From Candidatus Saccharimonadia bacterium (lineage in GTDB: Bacteria > Patescibacteriota > Saccharimonadia > UBA4664): 64,000 bases of DNA. The position numbers and the translations under genes are program-made. A model generated the notes under the pieces. It was not told the DNA's origin, ran no database searches, and saw only the letters and a list, made by a program, of their open reading frames with translations. The stretch spans positions 5,030 through 69,029 of the forward strand of contig DASXHH010000019.1 in assembly GCA_036488585.1 (NCBI GenBank), read 5' to 3'. This document shows, in pieces, positions 1-9,129 of this stretch (position 1 is its first letter; every line of letters starts with the position of its first letter).

Positions 1-910
1 CGCGCTGCAAGCCCAGATAAACTACAACCAGGCCAAGTACAGCCAGGTCACCGACAGCATCGCGCAAAACCAGGCACAACTCGATCAGCAGAAGACCGTG
101 CTGGCAGCCACCATCAAGTCGCTTTATCTCGACTCTACTGTGACCCCGCTCGAAATGTTAGCCTCGTCCAACAACTTCTCAGACTTCCTCGACGAGCAGC
201 AATACCAAGACAAGGTTAAGCAGAAAATTCAAGACGCCATGACCCAAATCGAGGCTCTGCAACGGACTCTCGAGAGTCAGCAAACCCAGCTCACCAATAT
301 TTTGGCTGACCAGCATTCGCAGCACCAGCAGCTTTCCGACACTCAAAACCAGATGAACCAACTACTAGCCGTGGCCGAAACCAACGCCGCCGCCGCCGAC
401 CAACAGGTGAAGGACTCCAACGCCAAGATCGCCAACCTGCGTGCCCAACAAGCCGCGGCCATTGCTGCCGCCTCCCGCCACGTCAATTTCGTCGGTCGTT
501 CAGGCGGCGCGGGTGGCGCCTGCGACATCGGCCAGGGCAACGGCGGCTACCCGTCGGCCTGGTGCAACGCCTCACAGGACAGCATGGTTGACTCTTGGGG
601 CATGTATACCCGCGAATGCGTCTCGTACGCTGCCTGGGCCGCCACCGATCGTGGGCACAACGTGCCCTACGGCCTCGGCAACGCCAACCAGTGGCCATCC
701 GGCGCCCGCGCCCGAGGCATCGCCGTCGATGGCAACCCCGAAGTCGGTAACGTCGCTATCTGGATGGGTGGCTACTACGGCCACGCCATGATCGTCGAAA
801 AGGTAGTCGGCTCAGACGTCATCGTCTCGAGCATGAATGCCGACGACGCCGGACATTTCCGCTACGACGAATGGTCCATATCCTCACTCGAGTTCATCCA
901 CTTCCGCTAA
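1..910 (+). CDS. Coiled-coil / CHAP-domain peptidoglycan hydrolase (PcsB-like), 5' partial
   Basis: Reading frame is open from window position 2, so the gene continues upstream. N-terminal Gln/Ala-rich coiled-coil. C-terminal CHAP signature (Cys in ...TRECVSYAAWA..., His in ...GGYYGHAMIVEKV...). Confidence 0.7.
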   Translation, partial: ALQAQINYNQAKYSQVTDSIAQNQAQLDQQKTVLAATIKSLYLDSTVTPLEMLASSNNFSDFLDEQQYQDKVKQKIQDAMTQIEALQRTLESQQTQLTNILADQHSQHQQLSDTQNQMNQLLAVAETNAAAADQQVKDSNAKIANLRAQQAAAIAAASRHVNFVGRSGGAGGACDIGQGNGGYPSAWCNASQDSMVDSWGMYTRECVSYAAWAATDRGHNVPYGLGNANQWPSGARARGIAVDGNPEVGNVAIWMGGYYGHAMIVEKVVGSDVIVSSMNADDAGHFRYDEWSISSLEFIHFR

Positions 911-937
911 CAAACCCATAACAGAAAGGTCCTCGGC

Positions 938-2110
938 TTGAAAAAGTTAGAGCTCAGCCCTCTCGTCCTCATCCCCTCAGTACTGGTCATAGCTCTAGTC
1001 TCGTTCTACGCCGGAGACGCCCTCAGCGGCACGGTGCCGATGCCGTTCCTCAAGCTCACGCACAACATCGATTTCTCCAGCCTCAACTCGGTTTACAGCT
1101 TAATGCAGCGCGATTTCGACGGCAAACTATCCGACCAGCAAGCGCTCGACGGCGCCAAAGCCGGACTAGTAGCGGCCGGCGGCGACCCCTACACGGTGTA
1201 CTTTACCGCCAAAGAGGCCAAGGACTTCTCCGACGAACTCAATGGCAAATTATCCGGGATCGGGGCTGAAATCGGTGAGAAGAACGGCCTCATCACGGTC
1301 ATCGCGCCCATCGACGACACTCCAGCTTCCAAAGCTGGCTTGCGCGCCGGTGATGTTATCGCCCGCATTAATAACGAAGACACCACCAGTATGAGTGTCG
1401 ACGAAGCCGTCTCCAAAATCCGGGGCAACGCTGGCACCAAAGTCACGCTCAAAATTGCGCGCAAAGACGCATCCCAGCCAATTGACCTCACCATTACCCG
1501 CGCCGATATCCATGTACCAAGCGTGAAATGGAGCCTCAAGAACGGCAACATCGCCTACATCAACGTCATGCAATTTAGCACTGACACAGCCGACCTCGTG
1601 AACAAGGCCGCCGGCGACCTCAAAAACCAAGGCGCAACCAAGGTTGTCCTCGACCTACGTAACGATGGCGGCGGCTACCTGGACGCCGGCGTCTCAGTCG
1701 CCAGCCAGTTCCTCGACACCGGAAAGGTAGTGGTAAGCGAACGCACCGATGGCAAAACCGTCGACACTCTCACTGCCAAAGACGGCGGCCTCCTACGAGG
1801 AATGCCCACGGTGGTACTCATTAATGGCGGCTCGGCCAGTGCCTCCGAAATCGTGGCCGGCGCCCTCCACGACAACGGAGTGGCCAAGCTTGAGGGCGAA
1901 CAGAGCTTCGGTAAAGGCAGTGTCCAGGAAATCAAGAACCTGCCCGACGGTGGCGAGCTCAAAGTCACTGTAGCCCACTGGTACACTCCTGGCGGCGTCA
2001 ACATAAACAAGCAAGGCCTCACCCCAGACGTCAAAGTTAGCCTCACCACCGACGACTTCACTGCCGGTCGCGACCCGCAGCTCGACCAGGCCCTCCAAAT
2101 GTTAAAATAG
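938..2110 (+). CDS. ctpA: C-terminal processing (tail-specific) protease, S41 family with PDZ domain
   Basis: N-terminal TM segment. PDZ region (GLRAGDVIARINNEDT). S41 core (VVLINGGSASASEIVAGAL...GKGSVQ). Confidence 0.85.
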   Translation: MKKLELSPLVLIPSVLVIALVSFYAGDALSGTVPMPFLKLTHNIDFSSLNSVYSLMQRDFDGKLSDQQALDGAKAGLVAAGGDPYTVYFTAKEAKDFSDELNGKLSGIGAEIGEKNGLITVIAPIDDTPASKAGLRAGDVIARINNEDTTSMSVDEAVSKIRGNAGTKVTLKIARKDASQPIDLTITRADIHVPSVKWSLKNGNIAYINVMQFSTDTADLVNKAAGDLKNQGATKVVLDLRNDGGGYLDAGVSVASQFLDTGKVVVSERTDGKTVDTLTAKDGGLLRGMPTVVLINGGSASASEIVAGALHDNGVAKLEGEQSFGKGSVQEIKNLPDGGELKVTVAHWYTPGGVNINKQGLTPDVKVSLTTDDFTAGRDPQLDQALQMLK

Positions 2111-2119
2111 CTCGTAACC

Positions 2120-2806
2120 ATGAATAATCTGCTGGCCATTCTGGACTTAGATCACTGCATTTTCCAGTCCGAAGCATTTTGGCTTAATGTTACCGAGCTA
2201 CTCGAACGACATTACGGCGTGACGGGCATCACGGCTGCCAAATTCCGCACCGAACGTCTAGACCGCCGACCAGGCGGTCCCGGGCGTGTCGCCGGCGGTG
2301 AAGGCTATGATTTCTTTGCTCATCTGTCTCAGCATGGCGTCGACTCCGCCGCAGCCGAGCACCAGATCATCCAAAGCCTCCGGGGCAACCGGTGGCTGTA
2401 CCCAGGCTCAGTCAAGCTCATCAGCTACCTTCGCGATCATGGTTACACCATCGTCATCGAGACCACCGGCGCCGACCGCTTCCAGCAGCTTAAAGTTGCC
2501 TGCGCCGCCAATCTCCCCTCTGACATCCCAGTTCGCGCTTTCCCGGATAATAAGGGCGACCTGCTGCGGCGTGAGTGGGAATCCGCGGGGGGCATCGTTC
2601 ACCACGGCACTTCCTACGCTCACGTGCTCGTCATCGACAACTCAGCCACCACCTTCGCCGCCCTTGGCCAGCATCCCGGGCTCACTGCCGTCCAGATTGT
2701 CGGCCGCGAAAAGAGCCCCGAACCCAGCCCGCTCCCATGGGTGCACAAAGTTACCACACTCTCAGAAATCCCGCCCCTAATACCTATAACCAAGCCTAAA
2801 TCTTAA
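2120..2806 (+). CDS. HAD-superfamily-like hydrolase (tentative)
   Basis: N-terminal LDLDHCIF resembles HAD motif I (DxD). VLVIDNS resembles motif IV. Weak overall. Confidence 0.4.
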   Translation: MNNLLAILDLDHCIFQSEAFWLNVTELLERHYGVTGITAAKFRTERLDRRPGGPGRVAGGEGYDFFAHLSQHGVDSAAAEHQIIQSLRGNRWLYPGSVKLISYLRDHGYTIVIETTGADRFQQLKVACAANLPSDIPVRAFPDNKGDLLRREWESAGGIVHHGTSYAHVLVIDNSATTFAALGQHPGLTAVQIVGREKSPEPSPLPWVHKVTTLSEIPPLIPITKPKS

Positions 2807-2826
2807 ACCACAACCAATTTTCAATC

Positions 2827-2855
2827 TTGCCCCCAGGCTTCCATGCGGTTATGAT
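2827..2855 (+). promoter_or_regulatory. Sigma-70-like promoter upstream of pyrG (TTGCCC-N17-TATGAT)
   Basis: TTGCCC at 2827-2832. TATGAT at 2850-2855 with a 17 nt spacer. About 50 nt before the SD-preceded GTG of pyrG. Confidence 0.4.
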
Positions 2856-2908
2856 ACTCAGCAAGTAGTGTTGTGAGGCACAGAGCGTGCCGTTTTGAAA
2901 GGAGAGGC

Positions 2909-4579
2909 GTGGCAGGGGAAGCAGGCCAAACCAAGTACATATTTGTAACGGGCGGAGTTATTTCAGGACTCGGAAAAGGCATCACCGCGGCGTCTTTAGG
3001 GACCATCCTTAAAGCCCGCGGTTTTTCGGTAAACATTCAGAAGTGCGATCCGTACCTCAATACCGACGCCGGCACCATGAACCCAGCTGAGCACGGCGAG
3101 GTATTTGTCACTAAGGATGGGGCCGAAACCGATCTCGACCTCGGTCATTACGAGCGCTTCCTGGACGAAGAGCTCACCCAGAGCAGCTCGCTCATGAACG
3201 GGCGCATCTACGCCAATGTCATCGCAGGCGAACGCGCCGGCAACTACCTCGGCAAAACGGTCCAAATTGTTCCGCACGTCACGGGCGAAATCGTGGCCCA
3301 GATCGAAAAAGCCGGCGAGGGCTTCGACTTCCACCTAGTAGAGATCGGCGGAACAGTCGGTGATATCGAATCCTTGGCTTTCTTGGAGGCCATTCGCCAA
3401 TTTCGCCGCAAGGTAGGTCGGAATAATGTTATGTACCTACACGTCGTATACTTGCCATTCCTGGAAGCTAGCCGCGAGCTCAAGACCAAACCAGCCCAAA
3501 ATGCCGTCCGCGATCTGCGAGAAGCCGGCATTCGCGCCGACATGATAGTAGCTCGAGCCGAGCGCCCGCTCAGCGTCAGCGTGCTTCATAAACTCAGCCT
3601 ATTCTGCGACGTGGACGAAGGTGGAATCGTACCCATGCCGACGGCCAAGTCTGTATACGAGGTCCCACTATTGCTAGAAGAACTGGGTACCGGCGAGTAC
3701 ATCACCAAGCACTTCGGCCTGCAGGCGCGCAAAGCCAAGCTGACCGACTGGCGCCGCCTGGTTGACCTCATCAAACACCCCGATCACACCACGCTCAAGA
3801 TTGGCGTGGTCGCCAAATACATGGATAACGAAGACACCTATCTCAGCGTCTTTGAAGCTATCAAGGCTGCCGGCTGGGCCAACCGCATCCGGCCCGAAAT
3901 CTGCTGGATCGAAGCCGAGGCCCTAGAAAACGGCGACACCAGCCTGCTCGAAGGTTACGATGGCCTCGTCGTACCAGGCGGCTTTGGTAGCCGCGGTGTC
4001 GAAGGCAAAATCGTGGCCGGAGGTTTCGCCATGGACAGCCAGGTGCCGTATCTAGGTCTCTGCCTCGGCATGCAAACCGCCGTAATCGCGCTCGCTCGCC
4101 GCACCGGCCTGCGAGATGCCCACACCACCGAAGTTAATCCCAAAACGCCCCATGCTGTCATCGACATCATGGCCGACCAAAAGGACGTCACCGACAAGGG
4201 TGGTACCATGCGCCTCGGCGACTACCCCTGCGCGCTCGATCCTGAGTCGCTCAGCGCTGCAGCCTACGGCGAAAAGACCATCCTGGAACGCCATCGCCAC
4301 CGTTTCGAGTTCAACAACCAGTACCGTGAGCAACTCACCAAAGCCGGCCTGCGATTAGCTGGGCTCTCGCCCGACCGCCGCCTAGTTGAGATAATCGAAA
4401 TCAAGGACCACCCATTCTTCGTGGCCAGCCAATTCCACCCCGAGTTCAAATCCAGGCCCAACCAGCCGCATCCGCTATTCAACGCCTTCATTCAGGCAGC
4501 AGCCAAGGAACGCGACCGCAAGCAAAAAACCGGGTCGGCTTCCCCCGCGGCCAAATCAGCCGCCCGAGCCTCCAACTAA
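2909..4579 (+). CDS. pyrG: CTP synthase
   Basis: KYIFVTGGVISGLGKGITAASLG N-terminal synthetase signature. C-terminal glutamine amidotransferase domain (GLCLGMQ...HRHRFEFN). Start chosen at GTG 2909, 4 nt after AAAGGAG. The ORF track opens earlier at 2873. Confidence 0.9.
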   Translation: MAGEAGQTKYIFVTGGVISGLGKGITAASLGTILKARGFSVNIQKCDPYLNTDAGTMNPAEHGEVFVTKDGAETDLDLGHYERFLDEELTQSSSLMNGRIYANVIAGERAGNYLGKTVQIVPHVTGEIVAQIEKAGEGFDFHLVEIGGTVGDIESLAFLEAIRQFRRKVGRNNVMYLHVVYLPFLEASRELKTKPAQNAVRDLREAGIRADMIVARAERPLSVSVLHKLSLFCDVDEGGIVPMPTAKSVYEVPLLLEELGTGEYITKHFGLQARKAKLTDWRRLVDLIKHPDHTTLKIGVVAKYMDNEDTYLSVFEAIKAAGWANRIRPEICWIEAEALENGDTSLLEGYDGLVVPGGFGSRGVEGKIVAGGFAMDSQVPYLGLCLGMQTAVIALARRTGLRDAHTTEVNPKTPHAVIDIMADQKDVTDKGGTMRLGDYPCALDPESLSAAAYGEKTILERHRHRFEFNNQYREQLTKAGLRLAGLSPDRRLVEIIEIKDHPFFVASQFHPEFKSRPNQPHPLFNAFIQAAAKERDRKQKTGSASPAAKSAARASN

Positions 4580-4581
4580 GC

Positions 4582-4610
4582 TTGTTCTAAGCAAAAGTAG
4601 TATATAGTTA
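4582..4610 (+). promoter_or_regulatory. Promoter-like TTGTTC ... TATAGT/TAGTTA ending 4-6 nt before the ATG at 4615 (leaderless configuration)
   Basis: -10-like hexamer at 4603-4610 and -35-like hexamer at 4582-4587. No SD is present. Confidence 0.35.
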
Positions 4611-4614
4611 AAAC

Positions 4615-5010
4615 ATGAGCAAGAAAGTCCGCATCCTGCTAGTAGAAGACGACCTAGCTCTCGCTACCGCCTATCGAGTCCGCATGGAGGCCGAGGGTTT
4701 CGATGTCCGTCATTGCCCCAACGGCGAAGAGGCCCTGCAGGAAGCCCTCGAATATCACCCCGACCTAATTTTGCTCGACATCATGATGCCCCGCATCTCG
4801 GGCTTCGATGTCCTCGATATTTTGCGCAACACCAAACAAACCCGCCATACCAAGATCATCATCCTCACCGCGTTATCCCAACCATCCGACCGCCAACGCG
4901 CCAAGGATCTTGGCGCCGACGAGTTTCTGGTGAAATCCCAAGCCGTCATTGCCGATGTCATGAAGCGTATTCGCTTCCATCTCGGTCTGTCAGAGCCAGA
5001 AGCTGCTTAG
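4615..5010 (+). CDS. Single-domain response regulator (CheY-like receiver only)
   Basis: RILLVEDD...LILLDIMMP...IIILTA...DEFLVK receiver motifs. No output domain. Confidence 0.85.
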   Translation: MSKKVRILLVEDDLALATAYRVRMEAEGFDVRHCPNGEEALQEALEYHPDLILLDIMMPRISGFDVLDILRNTKQTRHTKIIILTALSQPSDRQRAKDLGADEFLVKSQAVIADVMKRIRFHLGLSEPEAA

Positions 5011-5589
5011 CTAATCAGGTAGACCCAGTCGGCCCTTAAGCTTGCGCACAAACCGGTGCATCTCCGGATCGAGCATGTCGATATCCGTCGCCAGCACACT
5101 ATCAAAACTCTGCCACCTGTGCCCCCGAAATTCACGCGGATCCGGATCGAGCCACATCCGCTCGTCACCCGCCACCACATACCATAGACTCACGTCCGTG
5201 TGCCGGCCAGCACCGCGAGTTTGCGTCGCCGTAATAAACAGCGGCATCATCGCTACACTTGCCACCATTGCTGCCTTCGGCCCCAACTCTTCGGCCATTT
5301 CTCGCAGAACTGTCCCACGCGGATCTTCGCCCGGCTCAACGTGCCCGCCGATCGGCAACCACAATCCAGCCTTCAAATGGTTCACCAATAGGAGCGACCG
5401 GCGCGAGTGATCAACCAATACAAAGTACGACACCAAGTGCTCCGGGGGCACATCCGGCTTACTCGTCCTATAAAGCTCCCGACCCTCGTCCAGCCACCCC
5501 AGTACCTGCCGCACCACTGCGCCTTCTTGTTCGTCAAATGGCTCAATCCGCTCAACGACATCTCGTATTAGTGTTCGGCTTTTGTTCAT
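5011..5589 (-). CDS. NUDIX hydrolase
   Basis: Nudix box GGHVEPGEDPRGTVLREMAEELG. Confidence 0.8.
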   Translation of the reverse strand: MNKSRTLIRDVVERIEPFDEQEGAVVRQVLGWLDEGRELYRTSKPDVPPEHLVSYFVLVDHSRRSLLLVNHLKAGLWLPIGGHVEPGEDPRGTVLREMAEELGPKAAMVASVAMMPLFITATQTRGAGRHTDVSLWYVVAGDERMWLDPDPREFRGHRWQSFDSVLATDIDMLDPEMHRFVRKLKGRLGLPD

Positions 5590-5624
5590 AAACTCAGCAT
5601 ACCAAAGCGCAAGAACATTGCAAT

Positions 5625-5659
5625 ACGTAAAACGAAAACGCCTCCTAGTAAGAGGCGTT
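5625..5659 (-). terminator. Rho-independent terminator downstream of rpmA
   Basis: Stem aacgcctc / gaggcgtt (5637-5659) with a 7 nt loop. On the minus strand it is followed by UUUCGUUUUACG. Confidence 0.6.
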
Positions 5660-5696
5660 CCATAACCGATGGAAGGTTATTTCCCTTCAGAGGGAA

Positions 5697-5978
5697 CTAT
5701 TTGTCGTTAACCACCGACACGAAGGTCCGGCGCACCTTGGTGCCGGTAAATTTCTGTACCTTCTTGGTCGAGAACTTCACAATTCCGTCGCGCATAGCAA
5801 ACAGCGTGTGGTCGATACCCACGCCCACACCCTCGCCGGCCTCCATGCGGGTACCGCGCTGGCGCACCAGCACACCACCCGAGCGCACAAACTGGCCGCC
5901 AAACAGTTTTACGCCCAGTCGTTGGGCCGCTGAGTCGTGTAGGTTTTTGGCTGTACCGCCACCTTTTACGTGAGACAT
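5697..5978 (-). CDS. rpmA: 50S ribosomal protein L27
   Basis: [11 protein letters not shown]...RLGVKLFGG...VRQRGT...GIDHTLFA matches the bL27 consensus. No rplU is adjacent. Confidence 0.9.
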   Translation of the reverse strand: MSHVKGGGTAKNLHDSAAQRLGVKLFGGQFVRSGGVLVRQRGTRMEAGEGVGVGIDHTLFAMRDGIVKFSTKKVQKFTGTKVRRTFVSVVNDK

Positions 5979-5979
5979 C

Positions 5980-7100
5980 TTATTTCTTCCTTAGTAACAA
6001 CAACTGCCGCCCGACTACTTGATCTTCCCGGGCATAGAGCAGGGGAATGTGGGCGTGCTGAAAACGTTTCAAAGTGTATCCTAAAGCTGGCAATTCGTCA
6101 ACCAACCCCAGATACTCCCAGTGTTTGCCGACCCGCCAGGCCGGCACGCAAATGCTTACCTCACCGCCACTCGGCAACTGTCGAGCAAAATTAGCCAGCG
6201 CACTTCGGTACAAATCCAATAACTCAGGCCGGATCTTGGCCAGATCAGCCGGAGCAGGGGAGTGAATAAGATTTGGCCCCAGATACCCCTCGCTCACCAC
6301 TGCACAACCTTCCGGCAACTCCACCTGGCGCGCATCGGCAAGCTCGACACTCCAGTCTGGCAACGGCCGACCGGCTTGTTCTATAAGCCACGGCAAATTC
6401 GCTTGCGCCGCCACCACCATCTCCGTCGCCAAATCCGAGCCCACAGCCCGCCGGTTCATTAGTAGCGCCTCCTGTAAAACCACCCCGGTGCCACAAAATG
6501 GATCGGCCACCACCGATGCGCTCGTTGTATTCACCAGCATCTGTGCCAACTTCGGCGGCAGCATGCCCACCTTAGCGCTGCGAGCCGGCCGATCGTAGTC
6601 ACGCTTGGAATACCAATCAATATCCTGGACACCAACGGTGCGAGCCACCACCAGCTCCTGGCCATCCGTCACCGCCAGTAGTTCGAACCCGTCTTCCAGC
6701 ACGAGGTTGTGCGCCAATTCCGCCGCCGACACCGCCAATCCCCGAGCCGGCATCACCAATCTTACAGAGCCACGCTCTCGCAGTCGCTTTTTAAGCTCCA
6801 GTCCTGCAGCCTTCAACTCCCGTGGCTCCACTCGCAGACCATACGCGCTCAGCGCAAACGGCGTCTTGGAGCCACCCACCGGCAAAGCCCCGAGATCGAT
6901 CGGCAGCTCTCGCAAAGGCCGCGACTCACCTCGGTACAGCACTTCGGCCACCTTCACCGCGCCACCTATCAAGTTAATCTCCACCGGCTCCGCCAATAGT
7001 GCCGCCTGCCTCCCGAATGGCCGCACCTTCTCGGCAACTAGCAACGACTCCAGCTCCACCAACCCAAGCTCCGGTTGCCGACCTAATATTGCAATGTAAT
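5980..7100 (-). CDS. THUMP-domain class I SAM-dependent RNA (m2G-type) methyltransferase, UPF0020/RlmL-like
   Basis: [13 protein letters not shown] motif I. THUMP-like N-terminal half. The ORF track extends to 7224 through an AT-rich segment. The likely true start is a GTG near 7100 ([17 protein letters not shown]...). Confidence 0.7.
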
Positions 7101-7189
7101 TAAACGACGACACAATTAAGTAATTATAGCAAGTACCTTGATGGATTTCTAGCATATTTAAAAATAATAATCTCTTTAAGTGCTTTGGA

Positions 7190-7225
7190 ATTGACGGATA
7201 AACCATATTCTCTTTAAGATACAAG
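7190..7225 (+). promoter_or_regulatory. Promoter-like element (TTGACG-N18-TAAGAT) in an AT-rich segment, reading into the ORF-free island
   Basis: Seen in sequence at 7190-7224. The flanking DNA is far more AT-rich than the window average. Confidence 0.3.
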
Positions 7226-8100
7226 CATGAGGGGTATGACCAACAGGTTAATCGTCACCGTACGACCAACCCGTGTCACGCCTTTTAGCGATCAGTAAGC
7301 CGCCCGCCGGGTGGCTTCTTTGAAAGCACGAGAGAGGTATTCTCACGAATGAAGTTTGCCAACAGTAGATCCGGCAAAAAGCCCCAGCGCCGAGGCACGG
7401 AACGCCTCAACAGTAGCCCTCGCGGCGGGCGACAGCCAGCCCGCACCGGTGGTATGGCCGATCAGTTCTCGGCCGCTCACACGGGCTTCGCGCCCCACGT
7501 TTCCACCACAAGCCCCTCCCGGCCGCAACCTGGCTTTGCGGCTGCCATGGCCAGAGGACAGCGTGGAAGCGCCTCTGAGCCCGTAATTGGCCGGTCGAGA
7601 GTACTCGACGATGTCCTAAACACCGGGAAACTTAACCTGCGCGACGGGCACTGACGGCACCTGCTTCACAGGCTCCCGCCCGGTACACCCCGTGCGGGTT
7701 AACGAAAAAGTCGACCCACGAGGAGGAGTCATGAACATCAAGATGCCCATCACCACCGGCCGCCGGCCGGGGAGGTGATCAAGCCGTCTTCCGAGCATCT
7801 TAGCCGCGCTCGGTAAGCGACTAATCAAATCCGCGTCAGCGGCGTGAGCGGAAAACGATTAGCCGCACGCGGCAGACTTCTCGAGGGAAAGGACACTGCT
7901 TCAGGTGACGAGGCCGCATAGAGCGACCTCGTCACCAACCCCATTCAGGGAGTCATGTGTCGATCACACTGGCACCTGCCCGCCCGCATAGTGAGAGGGA
8001 TACCACTGTCCTCTCTGGTAAAAAATCAGCGCTCAAGGCGCTCACCGTCCAAGAGGGGCCGCCCCCTCCGGCGGCATTAGCATAAGAGGTTTACATCTTA
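7226..8100. other. ORF-poor GC-rich island. Candidate structured noncoding RNA(s) of unknown class
   Basis: No protein-like ORFs; the six-frame ORFs here are low-complexity R/G/P/S-rich. Perfect 10 bp hairpin ggtgacgagg/cctcgtcacc (7904-7936). Repeated motifs (ggcacctgc, cccgcccg, ggagtcatg). Nested helices at 7805-7895. Strand and class undetermined. Confidence 0.3.
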
Positions 8101-8115
8101 AGCTATAATGCAAAC

Positions 8116-9129
8116 ATGAAACTCCGACGTCTCCTGATACTGCTTGGAATTATTGGCATCGTCATTGTCATCGCCACTACTCTCGGGCATCCCACGAAAG
8201 TTCTGCATGCGTTTCGAAGTGTCCGCTGGTACGTTGTCCCCATGGTGCTCGCCATACAACTAGTGAGCTACTACTGCAACGCCCGATACTACGAGGCCTT
8301 CTTGCGAATTTCCGACCTCAAAGTGCCGCTGCGCCGTCTGTATGAGACTGCCCTAGGCATCAATTTTGCCAACCAAGCCCTCCCGTCCGGCGGTGTATCC
8401 GGTGCCACCTACCTGGCCGAAGCCCTACGCGACTACCACGTACCAGCCGGCAAGGCCGCCCTAGCGCAACTCGGCCGCTACGGCTTCACTTTCTTGTCAT
8501 TTTGGGCAGTTCTGAGCGCCGGCTTTGTCATGCTGTTTTTCACCGACGACCTCAACAAAGTCTCGGTGCGTCTAATCGTCTTTTTGATGTTCCTAATCCT
8601 GGGCACAGGCCTCACACTGCTACTGGTATTTGCCGAGCGCAAACGCCTCGAGGCCATCCTAAATCCGATAGTGCAAAGCATTAACACCTTCGGCCGCCGA
8701 GTATTACGCCGCCACCACGCCCTCATTCGGGACTTCCAACTCGGCGACTTTCTAGACGACTTCTACCGCGGCTACGCCGAGTTGCTCCATCAAAAACGCC
8801 ACTGGGGCCCCCTCGTCGGCTGGACCCTCGCCGGCAACCTCGCCGAAATCGCCACTGTTTACTCGGTGTTTTTGGGTTTCGGCCATCCAGTTAACCCCGG
8901 CATTGTCATCACCGGCTACGCTCTAGCTATTATCGTTAGCATCACCTCAATTTTCACCAATGGCATCGGTGTTTACGAAGCCGGTATGATCGGCACCTTC
9001 TCCGCTCTGGGCGTACCATTTGCGCTCTCGTTCGCAGTCACCCTTGTATACCGCATCCTCGATATGGGCATGTTCCTGCCCATCGGCTTCTTCTTCTATC
9101 GCCGCCATCTCAAAGAGAGAACCGCATGA
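8116..9129 (+). CDS. UPF0104 / LPG-synthase-TM (flippase-like) family polytopic membrane protein
   Basis: About 8 predicted TM helices. ...NQALPSGGVSGATYLAEALRD... resembles the family. A TATAAT at 8104-8109 lies 6 nt before the ATG (leaderless). Stop overlaps the xseA start (ATGA). Confidence 0.55.
   Translation: MKLRRLLILLGIIGIVIVIATTLGHPTKVLHAFRSVRWYVVPMVLAIQLVSYYCNARYYEAFLRISDLKVPLRRLYETALGINFANQALPSGGVSGATYLAEALRDYHVPAGKAALAQLGRYGFTFLSFWAVLSAGFVMLFFTDDLNKVSVRLIVFLMFLILGTGLTLLLVFAERKRLEAILNPIVQSINTFGRRVLRRHHALIRDFQLGDFLDDFYRGYAELLHQKRHWGPLVGWTLAGNLAEIATVYSVFLGFGHPVNPGIVITGYALAIIVSITSIFTNGIGVYEAGMIGTFSALGVPFALSFAVTLVYRILDMGMFLPIGFFFYRRHLKERTA

Noticed and set aside
441-791. Numerous 60-165 aa ORFs antisense to or out of frame with the called genes, for example 441-791, 483-698, 2286-2780, 6605-7099, 21277-21774, 30265-30816, 35428-35823, 37366-37845 and 58859-59398
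   Set aside because: They show low-complexity Arg/Pro/Ser/Ala-rich translations typical of random frames in 60% GC DNA. All lie inside strongly supported genes on the other strand or frame, so they are spurious.
7226-8100. Specific identification of the ORF-free island as RNase P RNA, tmRNA, SRP RNA or rRNA
   Set aside because: I could not find the P4 strands (GGAAAGUCCGGGC / ACAGAANCCGGCUUA), a tRNA-like acceptor/T-arm with CCA-compatible end, the SRP domain IV GGAAGGAAGCAG motif or rRNA signatures on either strand. Only weak partial resemblances were seen (for example GGGCAGGUGCC). It is therefore left as unknown.
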